In this document: positions 32,261 to 40,512 of the stretch, piece after piece
Numbering within the stretch: the stretch's first letter is position 1
Layout: every line of letters begins with the position of its first letter
DNA from: an uncultured Gammaproteobacteria bacterium
Lineage (GTDB): Bacteria; Patescibacteriota; Patescibacteriia; PEXW01
Direction: 5' to 3'
Assembly (NCBI GenBank): GCA_964486505.1
Contig: CAZAMC010000004.1
Span: 1 to 50,298, forward strand
DNA: 50,298 nucleotides
The notes under the pieces: generated by a model
What the model was told of the DNA's origin: nothing
Databases searched by the model: none
The model's input: the letters and a program-made list of their open reading frames with translations, nothing else
Program-made: the position numbers and the translations under genes

Positions 32261-33322
32261 ATGCCTACACCTTTCCCCGCGCTCCTCAAACGGCTCGACC
32301 CGCAAGATGTGTTCGGGTCTGTCCAGCGCTTTGCTCGCCAGGGCCATCAGGCCGTGTCGGATTTGCGTTCGGTGAAGTTCCCCAAACTGCGCGGGAAGGT
32401 AGACGCGGTAGTCCTGGCTGGGATGGGTGGGAGCGCACTGGGCGCCCACATTATCCAGGCCGCCTGTAGCCAAGAGCTTCGCGTGCCGTTAATCATCATC
32501 AACGACTACCGTCTTCCGGCTTGGGTGGGCCGCCGCACGCTCGTTATTTTGGCCAGCTACTCGGGCACAACCGAAGAGACCATTGCTGCCTGGAGCGCCG
32601 TGAAGAAGGCCGGGGCGAAGGTCGCGGTGATTGCCGCGGGCGGGAACCTCGGCCGTATTGCCCGCAGCAACAAGCTGCCAGCGTACATCTTTACACCGGT
32701 AGAAAATCCATCAAAGCAGCCGCGGCTCGGCTTGGGCTATGCGGTGTTTGGGTTGATTGGCATGCTCCGGAAAATGGGCCTGCTTGACGTCACGCCGGAT
32801 GCAATAGCAGAAGCGCTCGACATTGCGTCCCGCACTGTCCGCCGCACCGACTTGCGCTCACACACGAGCCCGCTGGTGAAGTTGACGGCCGCACTCGTTG
32901 GTCGGGCCGTGTACGTCGTTGCCGCTGAGCACCTGGTGGGCGCTGCCCACGCAGTGTCGAACCAACTCAACGAGACCGCCAAGACGGTGGCGACGTACTT
33001 TGCCATCCCGGAACTCAACCACCACCTCATGGAAGGCTTGGGTAACCCCAAGCAGAACGTTCGCCGGACAACCTTTCTCATGCTGCAGTCCAGTTTGTAT
33101 AGCCCCCGCATCCAGAAGCGCTTCCGTCTCACTGCTGATGTTGTACAGAAGAACGGCGCCCGAGTTCTTCCCCTTCGTCTTACTGCTCGCACGCGCCTGG
33201 CGCAAGCCATTGAAGCCCTCGTCATCGGGGGCAGTCTCACCCTCGGGCTCGGCCTTCGGTACCACGTGAACCCCGCCGAGATCCGCTGGGTGAATTACTT
33301 CAAGAACAAACTCGGGAAATAG
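32261..33322 (+). CDS. bifunctional phosphoglucose/phosphomannose isomerase-family (SIS domain) protein
   Basis: 353 aa. SIS motifs GMGGSALGAHI and ASYSGTTEET. The length and C-terminal domain are typical of the archaeal/bacterial PGI/PMI family. Confidence 0.82.
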   Translation: MPTPFPALLKRLDPQDVFGSVQRFARQGHQAVSDLRSVKFPKLRGKVDAVVLAGMGGSALGAHIIQAACSQELRVPLIIINDYRLPAWVGRRTLVILASYSGTTEETIAAWSAVKKAGAKVAVIAAGGNLGRIARSNKLPAYIFTPVENPSKQPRLGLGYAVFGLIGMLRKMGLLDVTPDAIAEALDIASRTVRRTDLRSHTSPLVKLTAALVGRAVYVVAAEHLVGAAHAVSNQLNETAKTVATYFAIPELNHHLMEGLGNPKQNVRRTTFLMLQSSLYSPRIQKRFRLTADVVQKNGARVLPLRLTARTRLAQAIEALVIGGSLTLGLGLRYHVNPAEIRWVNYFKNKLGK

Positions 33323-33344
33323 AAAGGGGTAACCCCACGAAATC

Positions 33345-33375
33345 CTCCGGACATCCATGCTTGGTCCGGAGTTTT
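33345..33375 (+). terminator. Rho-independent terminator after the PGI/PMI gene
   Basis: An 8-bp stem, CTCCGGAC (33345-33352) with GTCCGGAG (33364-33371), followed by TTTTCGTT. Confidence 0.65.
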
Positions 33376-33457
33376 CGTTAGCTCGTTTCGTGTTACGCCC
33401 TCCGTGAGCGCGCCGTATGGCTTGCTCACTCCGGGCTCCACACGAAGCCTCGCTTGA

Positions 33458-33508
33458 CCCCACGAACGCGTGCTCCTCGCTTCGCTCGTCCGCTACTCGT
33501 TCGTGGGG
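33458..33508. repeat. 11-bp inverted repeat CCCCACGAACG ... CGTTCGTGGGG (29-nt spacer) upstream of the GT-C operon
   Basis: Read directly (33458-33468 and 33498-33508). A third direct copy of CCCCACGAA lies at 33333-33341. Confidence 0.6.
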
Positions 33509-33535
33509 ACCCCGGGGAGACGCTATACTACACAC

Positions 33536-35131
33536 ATGACCAATTCCTGGCGGGCGCACGCCCCCATCCTGACGCTGTTCGGTGTGTTCATTCTCTCGTT
33601 TGGCATCTTCCTTGCACTCCAAGCGCATCCAATTTTTGCCGATCCCGATTCGTTCTACCACGCGCGGATTGGTGCGCTCACGGCGGAGCAGGGCGCCGTG
33701 CGGGACTTCCCGTGGCTACCCTTCACCACGCTCGGCGAACACTACATTGATCAGCACTGGTTGTACCACGTGCTCTTGGTCCCGTTTGTGAAACTCATGG
33801 ATCCGCTGGCGGGGATTAAGTTGGCCACGGTATTCTTCGCGGCACTCCTCATAACCACGTCCGTCTGGTTTTTGATGCGTCAGGGCGTGCGTCAGGCCTG
33901 GATCTGGGGGGCGGTGCTCCTGGCGGCAACGCCCTTTACCTTCCGCATGAGCCTAGCCAAAGCGCCGAGCCTGTCTTTGGCGACACTCATCATCGGCATT
34001 GCCCTACTCTTCGCCGGCAAGCGATGGGGGAGCTTCTTCCTCGCCTGGTTCTTCGTGCTCCTGTACGGCGGATTCTTTGTCCTCCTCGCTGCGGCCGGCA
34101 TCTACCTGGCGGTCTCAATGGCGTTCGATGTCGTGCAGCGCTGGAGCTGGCGTGGGCGCTTGCGCGAGGTCGTGCACAAACCTTGGTGGACGCTCGCGGG
34201 CCTACGTCGCTTTCGGCCACTCCAGGTTTTTGGATGTACAGTCGCCGGCGCGGCGCTGGGCACAGTGGCGAACCCATTCTTCCCGAACACGTTTCACTTC
34301 TTGTGGGAGCAAGCCATTCAAATTGGTGTCGTGAACTACCGCAACGTCATTGGCGTGGGCGGGGAGTGGTACCCGTACGGCTTTACGTCATTCATCGGGA
34401 ACAATGTGGTGGTGGTTGTGCCATTCATCGTCGCCCTCCTTTTAGCCTTCGTGTACCTGCGTCGTACAACGACCCGCAGTTGGACGCTCATTATCCTGGC
34501 GCTCTTCTTCACGCTGTTTACCCTTAAGTCCCGTCGGTACGTTGAGTACGCCGTGCCCTTTCTGGCGCTCGCCGCCGCCGTGACCATTGGCGACGTGCTC
34601 CGACAGGCAGATTGGCAAGCGGTGCGTCGCGTCGTGGCGGAGAGTTGGCAGAAACGCCGAATTGTTACCGGGCTCTTGGCGCTCTACATTGCGGTGAGCG
34701 TGCCGTACGTTATCGCTCGGGATCAGCGCACGAACTACAACAACCTAACGAGCGGCATTAACGCGACGCACTTCAAGGCTTCTGCCACGTGGCTAGCTGA
34801 GCACTCGCAGCCTGGCGAGGTGGTATTCCACAGCGACTGGGACGACTTCCCAGTGCTCTTCTACTACGACACGGTGAACGCGTACATCGCCGGGCTCGAC
34901 CCCACCTTTCTCTACCGTCAGGATCAAACGCGCTACTGGGCGTGGGCCAAGACCACCCTGGGAGAACGGCGCGAAAATTTGGGCCCGGTGTTCGACATGT
35001 TCCGGACGAGGTGGATTTTCGTTGAGAAGGACCACACTGCCATGAACGACAACGTGCGCGTCACGCCGGGCGTAACTCTGGCGTACGAGGACCGGGAAGT
35101 ATGGATTTACGCGTGGGAAGGGACGCCATAA
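33536..35131 (+). CDS. polytopic GT-C-fold membrane glycosyltransferase with STT3/AglB-like motifs
   Basis: ATG at 33536 within the listed 33470..35131 ORF (531 aa), with TATACT 6 nt upstream. It has many hydrophobic segments, a first-loop DPDSFYHAR, and a post-TM ...HSDWDDFPVLFYY resembling a degenerate WWDYG region. Confidence 0.7.
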   Translation: MTNSWRAHAPILTLFGVFILSFGIFLALQAHPIFADPDSFYHARIGALTAEQGAVRDFPWLPFTTLGEHYIDQHWLYHVLLVPFVKLMDPLAGIKLATVFFAALLITTSVWFLMRQGVRQAWIWGAVLLAATPFTFRMSLAKAPSLSLATLIIGIALLFAGKRWGSFFLAWFFVLLYGGFFVLLAAAGIYLAVSMAFDVVQRWSWRGRLREVVHKPWWTLAGLRRFRPLQVFGCTVAGAALGTVANPFFPNTFHFLWEQAIQIGVVNYRNVIGVGGEWYPYGFTSFIGNNVVVVVPFIVALLLAFVYLRRTTTRSWTLIILALFFTLFTLKSRRYVEYAVPFLALAAAVTIGDVLRQADWQAVRRVVAESWQKRRIVTGLLALYIAVSVPYVIARDQRTNYNNLTSGINATHFKASATWLAEHSQPGEVVFHSDWDDFPVLFYYDTVNAYIAGLDPTFLYRQDQTRYWAWAKTTLGERRENLGPVFDMFRTRWIFVEKDHTAMNDNVRVTPGVTLAYEDREVWIYAWEGTP

Positions 35132-36409
35132 ATGCGCCCGATCCTTTCCCATATTCGTTGGCACACCGCAGGTGCCTTCCCGCTCACGCCCGTGGGGCTG
35201 CTGCTCGCCCTTCTCGCCGCGTGCGCACTAGCCATAGGGAGCAGTTTTAGCCCCGCGTACTTTCGCATTCCAGACGCGTGGGTCTTCGTGCTGCGGATTG
35301 TGGGGTGGTCGCTCACCGCGCTGCTCTACTTTCTCTTGCTGCGTCGTGTCCGGGCGGGGGCAGTGCTGCAGACCCGCACAGTCCTTGGGGTTGCCGCAGT
35401 GCTCGCTGCGCCCTTCCTGCTCGCCTTTCCGGTGTTCGCCGGGGACATCTTTGCCTACGTGGCCACCGCCAAGGTAGCAATCCTGGGGAACCCCTACGTG
35501 CTCACCCCCAGCGTGCTGGGGGACGACGCCATTCTCCACGGCGTCTTCGGCATGTGGCAGGGTTGGCCCCTCACGTACGGGCCGCTGTGGGCGGGGTTTG
35601 TGAAAGTCCTCAGCTGGATGACGCATGACAATGCGGCGCTCTTTATGCTTTTTCGGATGACGTCACTGGCAGCGGTGCTCGGCATGGGGGCGGTGCTCTG
35701 CCGGGTGGCGTCACCCGCCCGCGCTGCGCTTCTCCTGTGGAGCCCCATCGTCCTCGTCGATGCGGTTGCTGATGCACACAACGACATTTTCGTCGGGCTA
35801 GCGATTCTCGGGGCGGTGCTCCTCATACATCGTCCGTGGCGATCGGGATTTGCCCTCGCCATTAGCGTTGCCCTCAAGTACACAACGCTGCCTCTCCTGC
35901 CGCTGTTCGTCGCCGCGCAACCCGGCCGTCGGGTCTGGTTGCACCGGACGCTGGCGTACGGTGGCGCCACGGTTTTGACACTATTCCTCTTGTTCCTGCC
36001 CTGGTGGTCCGGTTCCAGCACGTTCCTTGGTGTGCGCAATCAGTCCACGCTGTTCGTGCCGCCCCCAATCACGGCGCAGTACCCATTGTTCTTCACCGCG
36101 TTTTCGGTGGGCGTGCCCGTCCATCCCGAAGTATTTGCGCGTGCCCTTGGCGCTGCCCTCTTCGTGCTCACCCTGGTGTACCTCACCTGGCGTTTGGCAA
36201 CGCGGCGGAGTGCGGTGGTGCCCACCATCGCCTTGGGCATTGGGGCGTACCTTTTCTTCGGTGCCTCGTACGTGCAAGCGTGGTACCTGCTGTGGCTCCT
36301 GCCCCTCCTGCCGCTGCTCGGCCGGCGTGACGCAACCCGGTGGTTTGGCGCGCTGACCGTTGTGTGGGCGTTCTTGCAAGTGTACCCGTACTACTTCTGG
36401 ACCATATGA
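35132..36409 (+). CDS. GT87/DUF2029-like GT-C membrane glycosyltransferase
   Basis: 425 aa, polytopic. Loop motif FAGDIFAYVATAKVAILGNPY ... LTYGPLW. The start abuts the upstream TAA (TAAATG). Confidence 0.7.
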   Translation: MRPILSHIRWHTAGAFPLTPVGLLLALLAACALAIGSSFSPAYFRIPDAWVFVLRIVGWSLTALLYFLLLRRVRAGAVLQTRTVLGVAAVLAAPFLLAFPVFAGDIFAYVATAKVAILGNPYVLTPSVLGDDAILHGVFGMWQGWPLTYGPLWAGFVKVLSWMTHDNAALFMLFRMTSLAAVLGMGAVLCRVASPARAALLLWSPIVLVDAVADAHNDIFVGLAILGAVLLIHRPWRSGFALAISVALKYTTLPLLPLFVAAQPGRRVWLHRTLAYGGATVLTLFLLFLPWWSGSSTFLGVRNQSTLFVPPPITAQYPLFFTAFSVGVPVHPEVFARALGAALFVLTLVYLTWRLATRRSAVVPTIALGIGAYLFFGASYVQAWYLLWLLPLLPLLGRRDATRWFGALTVVWAFLQVYPYYFWTI

Positions 36410-38034
36410 GCGCTCTGGGCATTCGCGGTTTCGTGGCCAAGCACTGGGCATGGCTCGCGCTGCTCGCCGTGCTCGTGGTCACGTCAGCGGTCCGCGTTCG
36501 CCTCCTCGATGTGCCGCTGGAGCGGGATGAAGGCGAGTACGCGTACACCGCGCAACTGCTGCTGGATGGTCACGCGCCATTCGAAGGGGCATACAGCCTC
36601 AAGCTCCCTGGGGCGGCGTACATGTACGCGGCGAGCTTCTTGGTTTTTAGTGAATCGGTCATGGCTATTCGTTTGGGGCTACTCGTGGTTAGTGTCGCAA
36701 CGGCGCTTCTGCTCTTTGGTATTGGCAAACGCCTCGGTGGTGGACTCGTCGGTTTCTCGGCTGCGGCGACCTATAGCCTCGTCGCCCTGCTGCCGTCCGT
36801 CTTGGGATTTACGGCAAATACCGAAGCGTACGCCGTGCTCTTCATTGCCCTTGCGGTGTATGGACTTTTGCGGTTCCACGTAGCTCCACATCTTGGCTTC
36901 CTCATCGTAACCGGTTTATCTTTGGGCGTAGCCATTACCATGAAGCAGCAGGCGCTCCTTTTCTTGCTCTGGGCGTTCGGCTGGGCCAGTGCTCTGGTTT
37001 GGAAGCGGACGCACGCGTGGTTCCACCTGGGCACGCTCGTCCTCTGTGCCCTCATCCCCACCGCGCTCATTGTGGTGTTGTCCTGGGCTTCCGGCACGTT
37101 GCAGACATTGAATTTTTGGATTCTCCAGTACGCCCGAGCCTACACGGGCGAAGTGTCTGGGCTTGAAGCACTTCAGAATTTTTTCCTCACCGGTGGTCCA
37201 ATTCTCCAGCAGACCCTCTTGTTCTTTGCCCTCGCATGTATTGGAGTGGTTTTCTTGATCCGCCAGCCCCGGCGCACACCCTATGGGTGGCCGATACTTA
37301 CCTTTACCGTTACCGCGTGCATTGTGGTGAGCTTGGGCGGGTACTTCCGTGCACACTACTTCATCTTTGCGCTGCCCGCGTACGCGGTGCTCGTTGCATT
37401 CGGAGTCCAGACTTTGCATGCGCGGCTGACCCGCGCACACCCGGCAAGCTTTGCGCAGGCAGTCACGGCTCTGCTTCTGGCAGCGAGCCTTGCATTCCCT
37501 TTCCTCTACCAACGGGCGTACTTCTTCGCCGATAGCCCCGTTGGCGCTGCCCAACGTGCATACAGTACGAATCACTTTGCGGAGTACCGGGAATTTGCCC
37601 GTCAACTTCGGGAGCGTTTTCCCACTTTTCAAACCGTAGTGGTGCTGGGCTCCGAACCCGAGTTCCCGTTCTACCTTCGGGCTCGGCAAGTGACTGGCTA
37701 CCTGTACACGTACCCGTTTTTCGAAACGCAGCCGTACGGAGAACGCATGCTCGACGAATACATCCGGGAAGTTGAAGCCGGACAGCCGGAGGTCATCCTT
37801 GCTGTCGGTTCTTTCGAGTCGTGGTCGGCGCATGTGTGGCAAACCGACAACCGGCTGCGGGCATGGTTTGCGGATTTTCGCCACGGCTACCGCGCCGTTG
37901 GGCTGCTGGCAGTGCAGGGTGGGGCAGTGCAGTACTCGTGGGGTGACGTCGCAGAACCAGATGCGCAGGCTTCTGACTGGGTGGTAGCCTATCAACGGAT
38001 TAACTATGCCAACGACACCCTCCCCACTCCGTAG
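36406..38034 (+). CDS. ArnT/PMT_2-like GT-C membrane glycosyltransferase
   Basis: The ATG at 36406 overlaps the upstream TGA (ATGA). 542 aa. It has LERDEGEYAYTAQLLLDG...LKLPGAAYMY, typical of the ArnT/PMT_2 first loop. Confidence 0.78.
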   Translation: MSALGIRGFVAKHWAWLALLAVLVVTSAVRVRLLDVPLERDEGEYAYTAQLLLDGHAPFEGAYSLKLPGAAYMYAASFLVFSESVMAIRLGLLVVSVATALLLFGIGKRLGGGLVGFSAAATYSLVALLPSVLGFTANTEAYAVLFIALAVYGLLRFHVAPHLGFLIVTGLSLGVAITMKQQALLFLLWAFGWASALVWKRTHAWFHLGTLVLCALIPTALIVVLSWASGTLQTLNFWILQYARAYTGEVSGLEALQNFFLTGGPILQQTLLFFALACIGVVFLIRQPRRTPYGWPILTFTVTACIVVSLGGYFRAHYFIFALPAYAVLVAFGVQTLHARLTRAHPASFAQAVTALLLAASLAFPFLYQRAYFFADSPVGAAQRAYSTNHFAEYREFARQLRERFPTFQTVVVLGSEPEFPFYLRARQVTGYLYTYPFFETQPYGERMLDEYIREVEAGQPEVILAVGSFESWSAHVWQTDNRLRAWFADFRHGYRAVGLLAVQGGAVQYSWGDVAEPDAQASDWVVAYQRINYANDTLPTP

Positions 38035-39157
38035 CTTCCTGCACCCGTGGCAGCACGGGACGCAACCACGTTCGGTGTTTCTGTGGATTGTACTCATTGT
38101 CCTCCTGGGCGTTGCCGCGCGTTTTGCCGTTTCCACCCTTGGGTACAATTACGATTTTGAGTCGTACCAGATTGTCGCTCGCATCATGGCGAACGGCGGC
38201 AACGTGTACCAGGAAACATTCCGCTACAACTACGGCCCGGCGTGGTTTAACCTGCTCCACCTCTTTCAGTCTCTGGCTTCTCATCCCGAGCACTTTCGAC
38301 TCTGCATCATCGGGTTCCTCACACTCGTTGACCTAGCCATTGCCGGCCTTATCGCCCGGCGGTACTCCGTGTTCTTGGGTAGCATCTTTTTTCTCAACCC
38401 TATCTCAATCATCATCACCGGCTTCCACAATCAGTTCGATAACCTTGCGATTGCCCTTGCCCTGGCGGCGGTGTTGGTCTACGAGGCCGGCGATTCTCAG
38501 AAAGGAGCTCGGTCCACCATCTGGGCCGCGGGGCTTTTGGGTGTCTCCCTCATTGTGAAACATATCTTCTTCCTCTTCCCGCTGTGGTTGTTCCTGCGTC
38601 CCGGACCCCGGCAGCGACGCTTGACGATCCTCTTCCTGCCCTACGGAATTTTTCTCGTGTCTTTCTTGCCATACATTGCCCACGGGTACGCTGGAATTAT
38701 TAAGAACGTCATTGCCTACGTTTCCTCGCACAACGCCCCTCTCCTCACCGCTGTCACCGCCGGCCATCTTTCTCCCGCTGTCGCCGGGTACCTTTTTATA
38801 ATGGCTATGCTCGCTGCGGGTATCTGGTTTCGGCGTCTTGCCAGCCTGCACCTCTTCGTCCTCTACCTCGGCACGCTTGTAGCATTCTCTCCCGCCATCG
38901 CAAACCAGTACTACGTCATCCCAGTGCTCTTCATCCTCGCTTTTCCGAATTTCTGGAGTATACTCGCGGGGAGTATTGCCGCCCTTGTTCTCGTTGCGCA
39001 CCCGCAGGGGCTAGATGCAGCCCAGCGGTTCGATAGCTCGGTATTCGCTTTCGTCGTGAGCTACGGGATGTACGCGTACGTCTGCGTACTCTTCGTAAGT
39101 GTTCTCCTCACAGCGCTGAAACTTCGCCGACAACCCCCCGCGTCCAGTTTTTGGTAA
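38006..39157 (+). CDS. GT87/DUF2029-like GT-C membrane glycosyltransferase
   Basis: 383 aa, polytopic. It has YNYDFESYQIVARIMANGGNVYQETFRYNYGPAWF. It overlaps the upstream gene by 29 nt. Confidence 0.68.
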   Translation: MPTTPSPLRSFLHPWQHGTQPRSVFLWIVLIVLLGVAARFAVSTLGYNYDFESYQIVARIMANGGNVYQETFRYNYGPAWFNLLHLFQSLASHPEHFRLCIIGFLTLVDLAIAGLIARRYSVFLGSIFFLNPISIIITGFHNQFDNLAIALALAAVLVYEAGDSQKGARSTIWAAGLLGVSLIVKHIFFLFPLWLFLRPGPRQRRLTILFLPYGIFLVSFLPYIAHGYAGIIKNVIAYVSSHNAPLLTAVTAGHLSPAVAGYLFIMAMLAAGIWFRRLASLHLFVLYLGTLVAFSPAIANQYYVIPVLFILAFPNFWSILAGSIAALVLVAHPQGLDAAQRFDSSVFAFVVSYGMYAYVCVLFVSVLLTALKLRRQPPASSFW

Positions 39158-39166
39158 TCCCTCCAT

Positions 39167-40492
39167 ATGCCCAAACGCGTTGCCATTATTGGTGGAGGGT
39201 ATACCGGGTTGACCGCGGCGTTGCGCCTGGCCCAAGCGGGTATGCAGGTTGAGGTGCTCGAGAAGGGCTTGCACCTTGGGGGTCTGGCATACGGCTTTCC
39301 TCTCCTGGGCACGCACATCGAAGCCGCTTACCATCACCTCTTTCAGAGTGACACCGACATCATTGCGCTCGCGAAGGAGCTGGGTGTAGCGTCCGCCCTT
39401 GAGGCCCATGATAGCTCGGTTGCAATTATCTACCAGAACCACCTGTTTCCGTTTGCTACCCCGTTAGACCTTCTGCGCTTCACGCCCCTCTCATTTTTTT
39501 CGCGCGTGCGCTTGGGTGCTGTGCTCTGGTACCTGCAGCACCGGAAGCAGAGTAGGGCATTTGATGGCATAGCCGCGGCACAGTGGCTTCGACGAGCATG
39601 CGGGGAGGCTGCGTACCGCATCGTGTGGGAGCCGCTCCTGGTGGGGAAGTTCCACACGTTTGCCAACGACGTCTCTATGGCCTGGCTCTGGGCGCGCATT
39701 CACACTCGCGCTACCTCCCGCAGCCGGGGCGGACAGCGGGAGAAGCTTGTGTACGTTCGGGGTGGCTTCCACGTCCTTACCCAGGCGCTTGCCCAGGCCC
39801 TAGAACGCGCCGGCGTTCAGACTCGGTTCCACGTGACGGTCGAGTCTATACATTCAGCACCCAGTGGGGCGGTTGAAGTAATGGTGGATGGCGTAAAGCA
39901 TGCGTACGATGCGGTTGTTTGCACCACGCCCTCGCATATTTTTCGGCGACTCATTGCTCAGGATACGCAGGCAACGCCGGCGTACTTGGAACAGCTTCAG
40001 TCCATGCAGTACCTCGGTGCCCTCTGCGCCGTGTTCTCGTCAACGCAGTCGCTCAGCCCGTACTACTGGCACAACATCCATGATACCCACGCGCCCTTCC
40101 TTGTCTTCCTCCAGCATACCAACCTGGTGTCGCCCGCAGCCTACCAGAACCAGCACGTGTACTACCTGGGCACGTACCTCCCGCACGATCATGTGCTCTT
40201 CACCACGCCCGAGGCACAGGTCCAGGAACAGTTCTTCCGGTACTTGCAGCGTTGCTTTTCAGACTTTGATGCGTCTCAGGTAACGTCTTTTCACCTTTCA
40301 CATTTCCCGAACGCGCAGCACGTTGTGGATACCCGGTACCGCCGTATTCGGCCCGACGTCCAAACGCCGCTCCGAAACGTCTTCCTCTCCAACTTCTCAC
40401 AAATTTTCCCCGAAGACCGCGGCACCAATTTTGCCGTTCGCGCTGGCGAAGACGTTGCCCGCCTTGTTACCCAAGCGCTGCGCACCCCCTAG
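39167..40492 (+). CDS. FAD/NAD(P)-dependent oxidoreductase (amine oxidase / phytoene desaturase / protoporphyrinogen oxidase-like superfamily)
   Basis: 441 aa. N-terminal Rossmann dinucleotide motif VAIIGGGYTGLTAALRLAQAGMQVEVLEK, with GG following (LHLGGLA). No TM segments are apparent. Confidence 0.85.
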   Translation: MPKRVAIIGGGYTGLTAALRLAQAGMQVEVLEKGLHLGGLAYGFPLLGTHIEAAYHHLFQSDTDIIALAKELGVASALEAHDSSVAIIYQNHLFPFATPLDLLRFTPLSFFSRVRLGAVLWYLQHRKQSRAFDGIAAAQWLRRACGEAAYRIVWEPLLVGKFHTFANDVSMAWLWARIHTRATSRSRGGQREKLVYVRGGFHVLTQALAQALERAGVQTRFHVTVESIHSAPSGAVEVMVDGVKHAYDAVVCTTPSHIFRRLIAQDTQATPAYLEQLQSMQYLGALCAVFSSTQSLSPYYWHNIHDTHAPFLVFLQHTNLVSPAAYQNQHVYYLGTYLPHDHVLFTTPEAQVQEQFFRYLQRCFSDFDASQVTSFHLSHFPNAQHVVDTRYRRIRPDVQTPLRNVFLSNFSQIFPEDRGTNFAVRAGEDVARLVTQALRTP

Positions 40493-40512
40493 GGGAGCGC
40501 CGCCGTCACACT

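Noticed and set aside
36916-38148. 410-aa minus-strand ORF. Similar long antisense ORFs occur at 44898..45920 (340 aa), 46779..47729 (316 aa), 42141..42980 (279 aa), 35494..36039 and 38405..39001
   Set aside because: All are antisense to the tightly coupled plus-strand GT-C/GT2 genes, whose products have coherent TM-helix patterns and family motifs. The antisense products are Arg/Pro/Gly-rich without structure-like periodicity.
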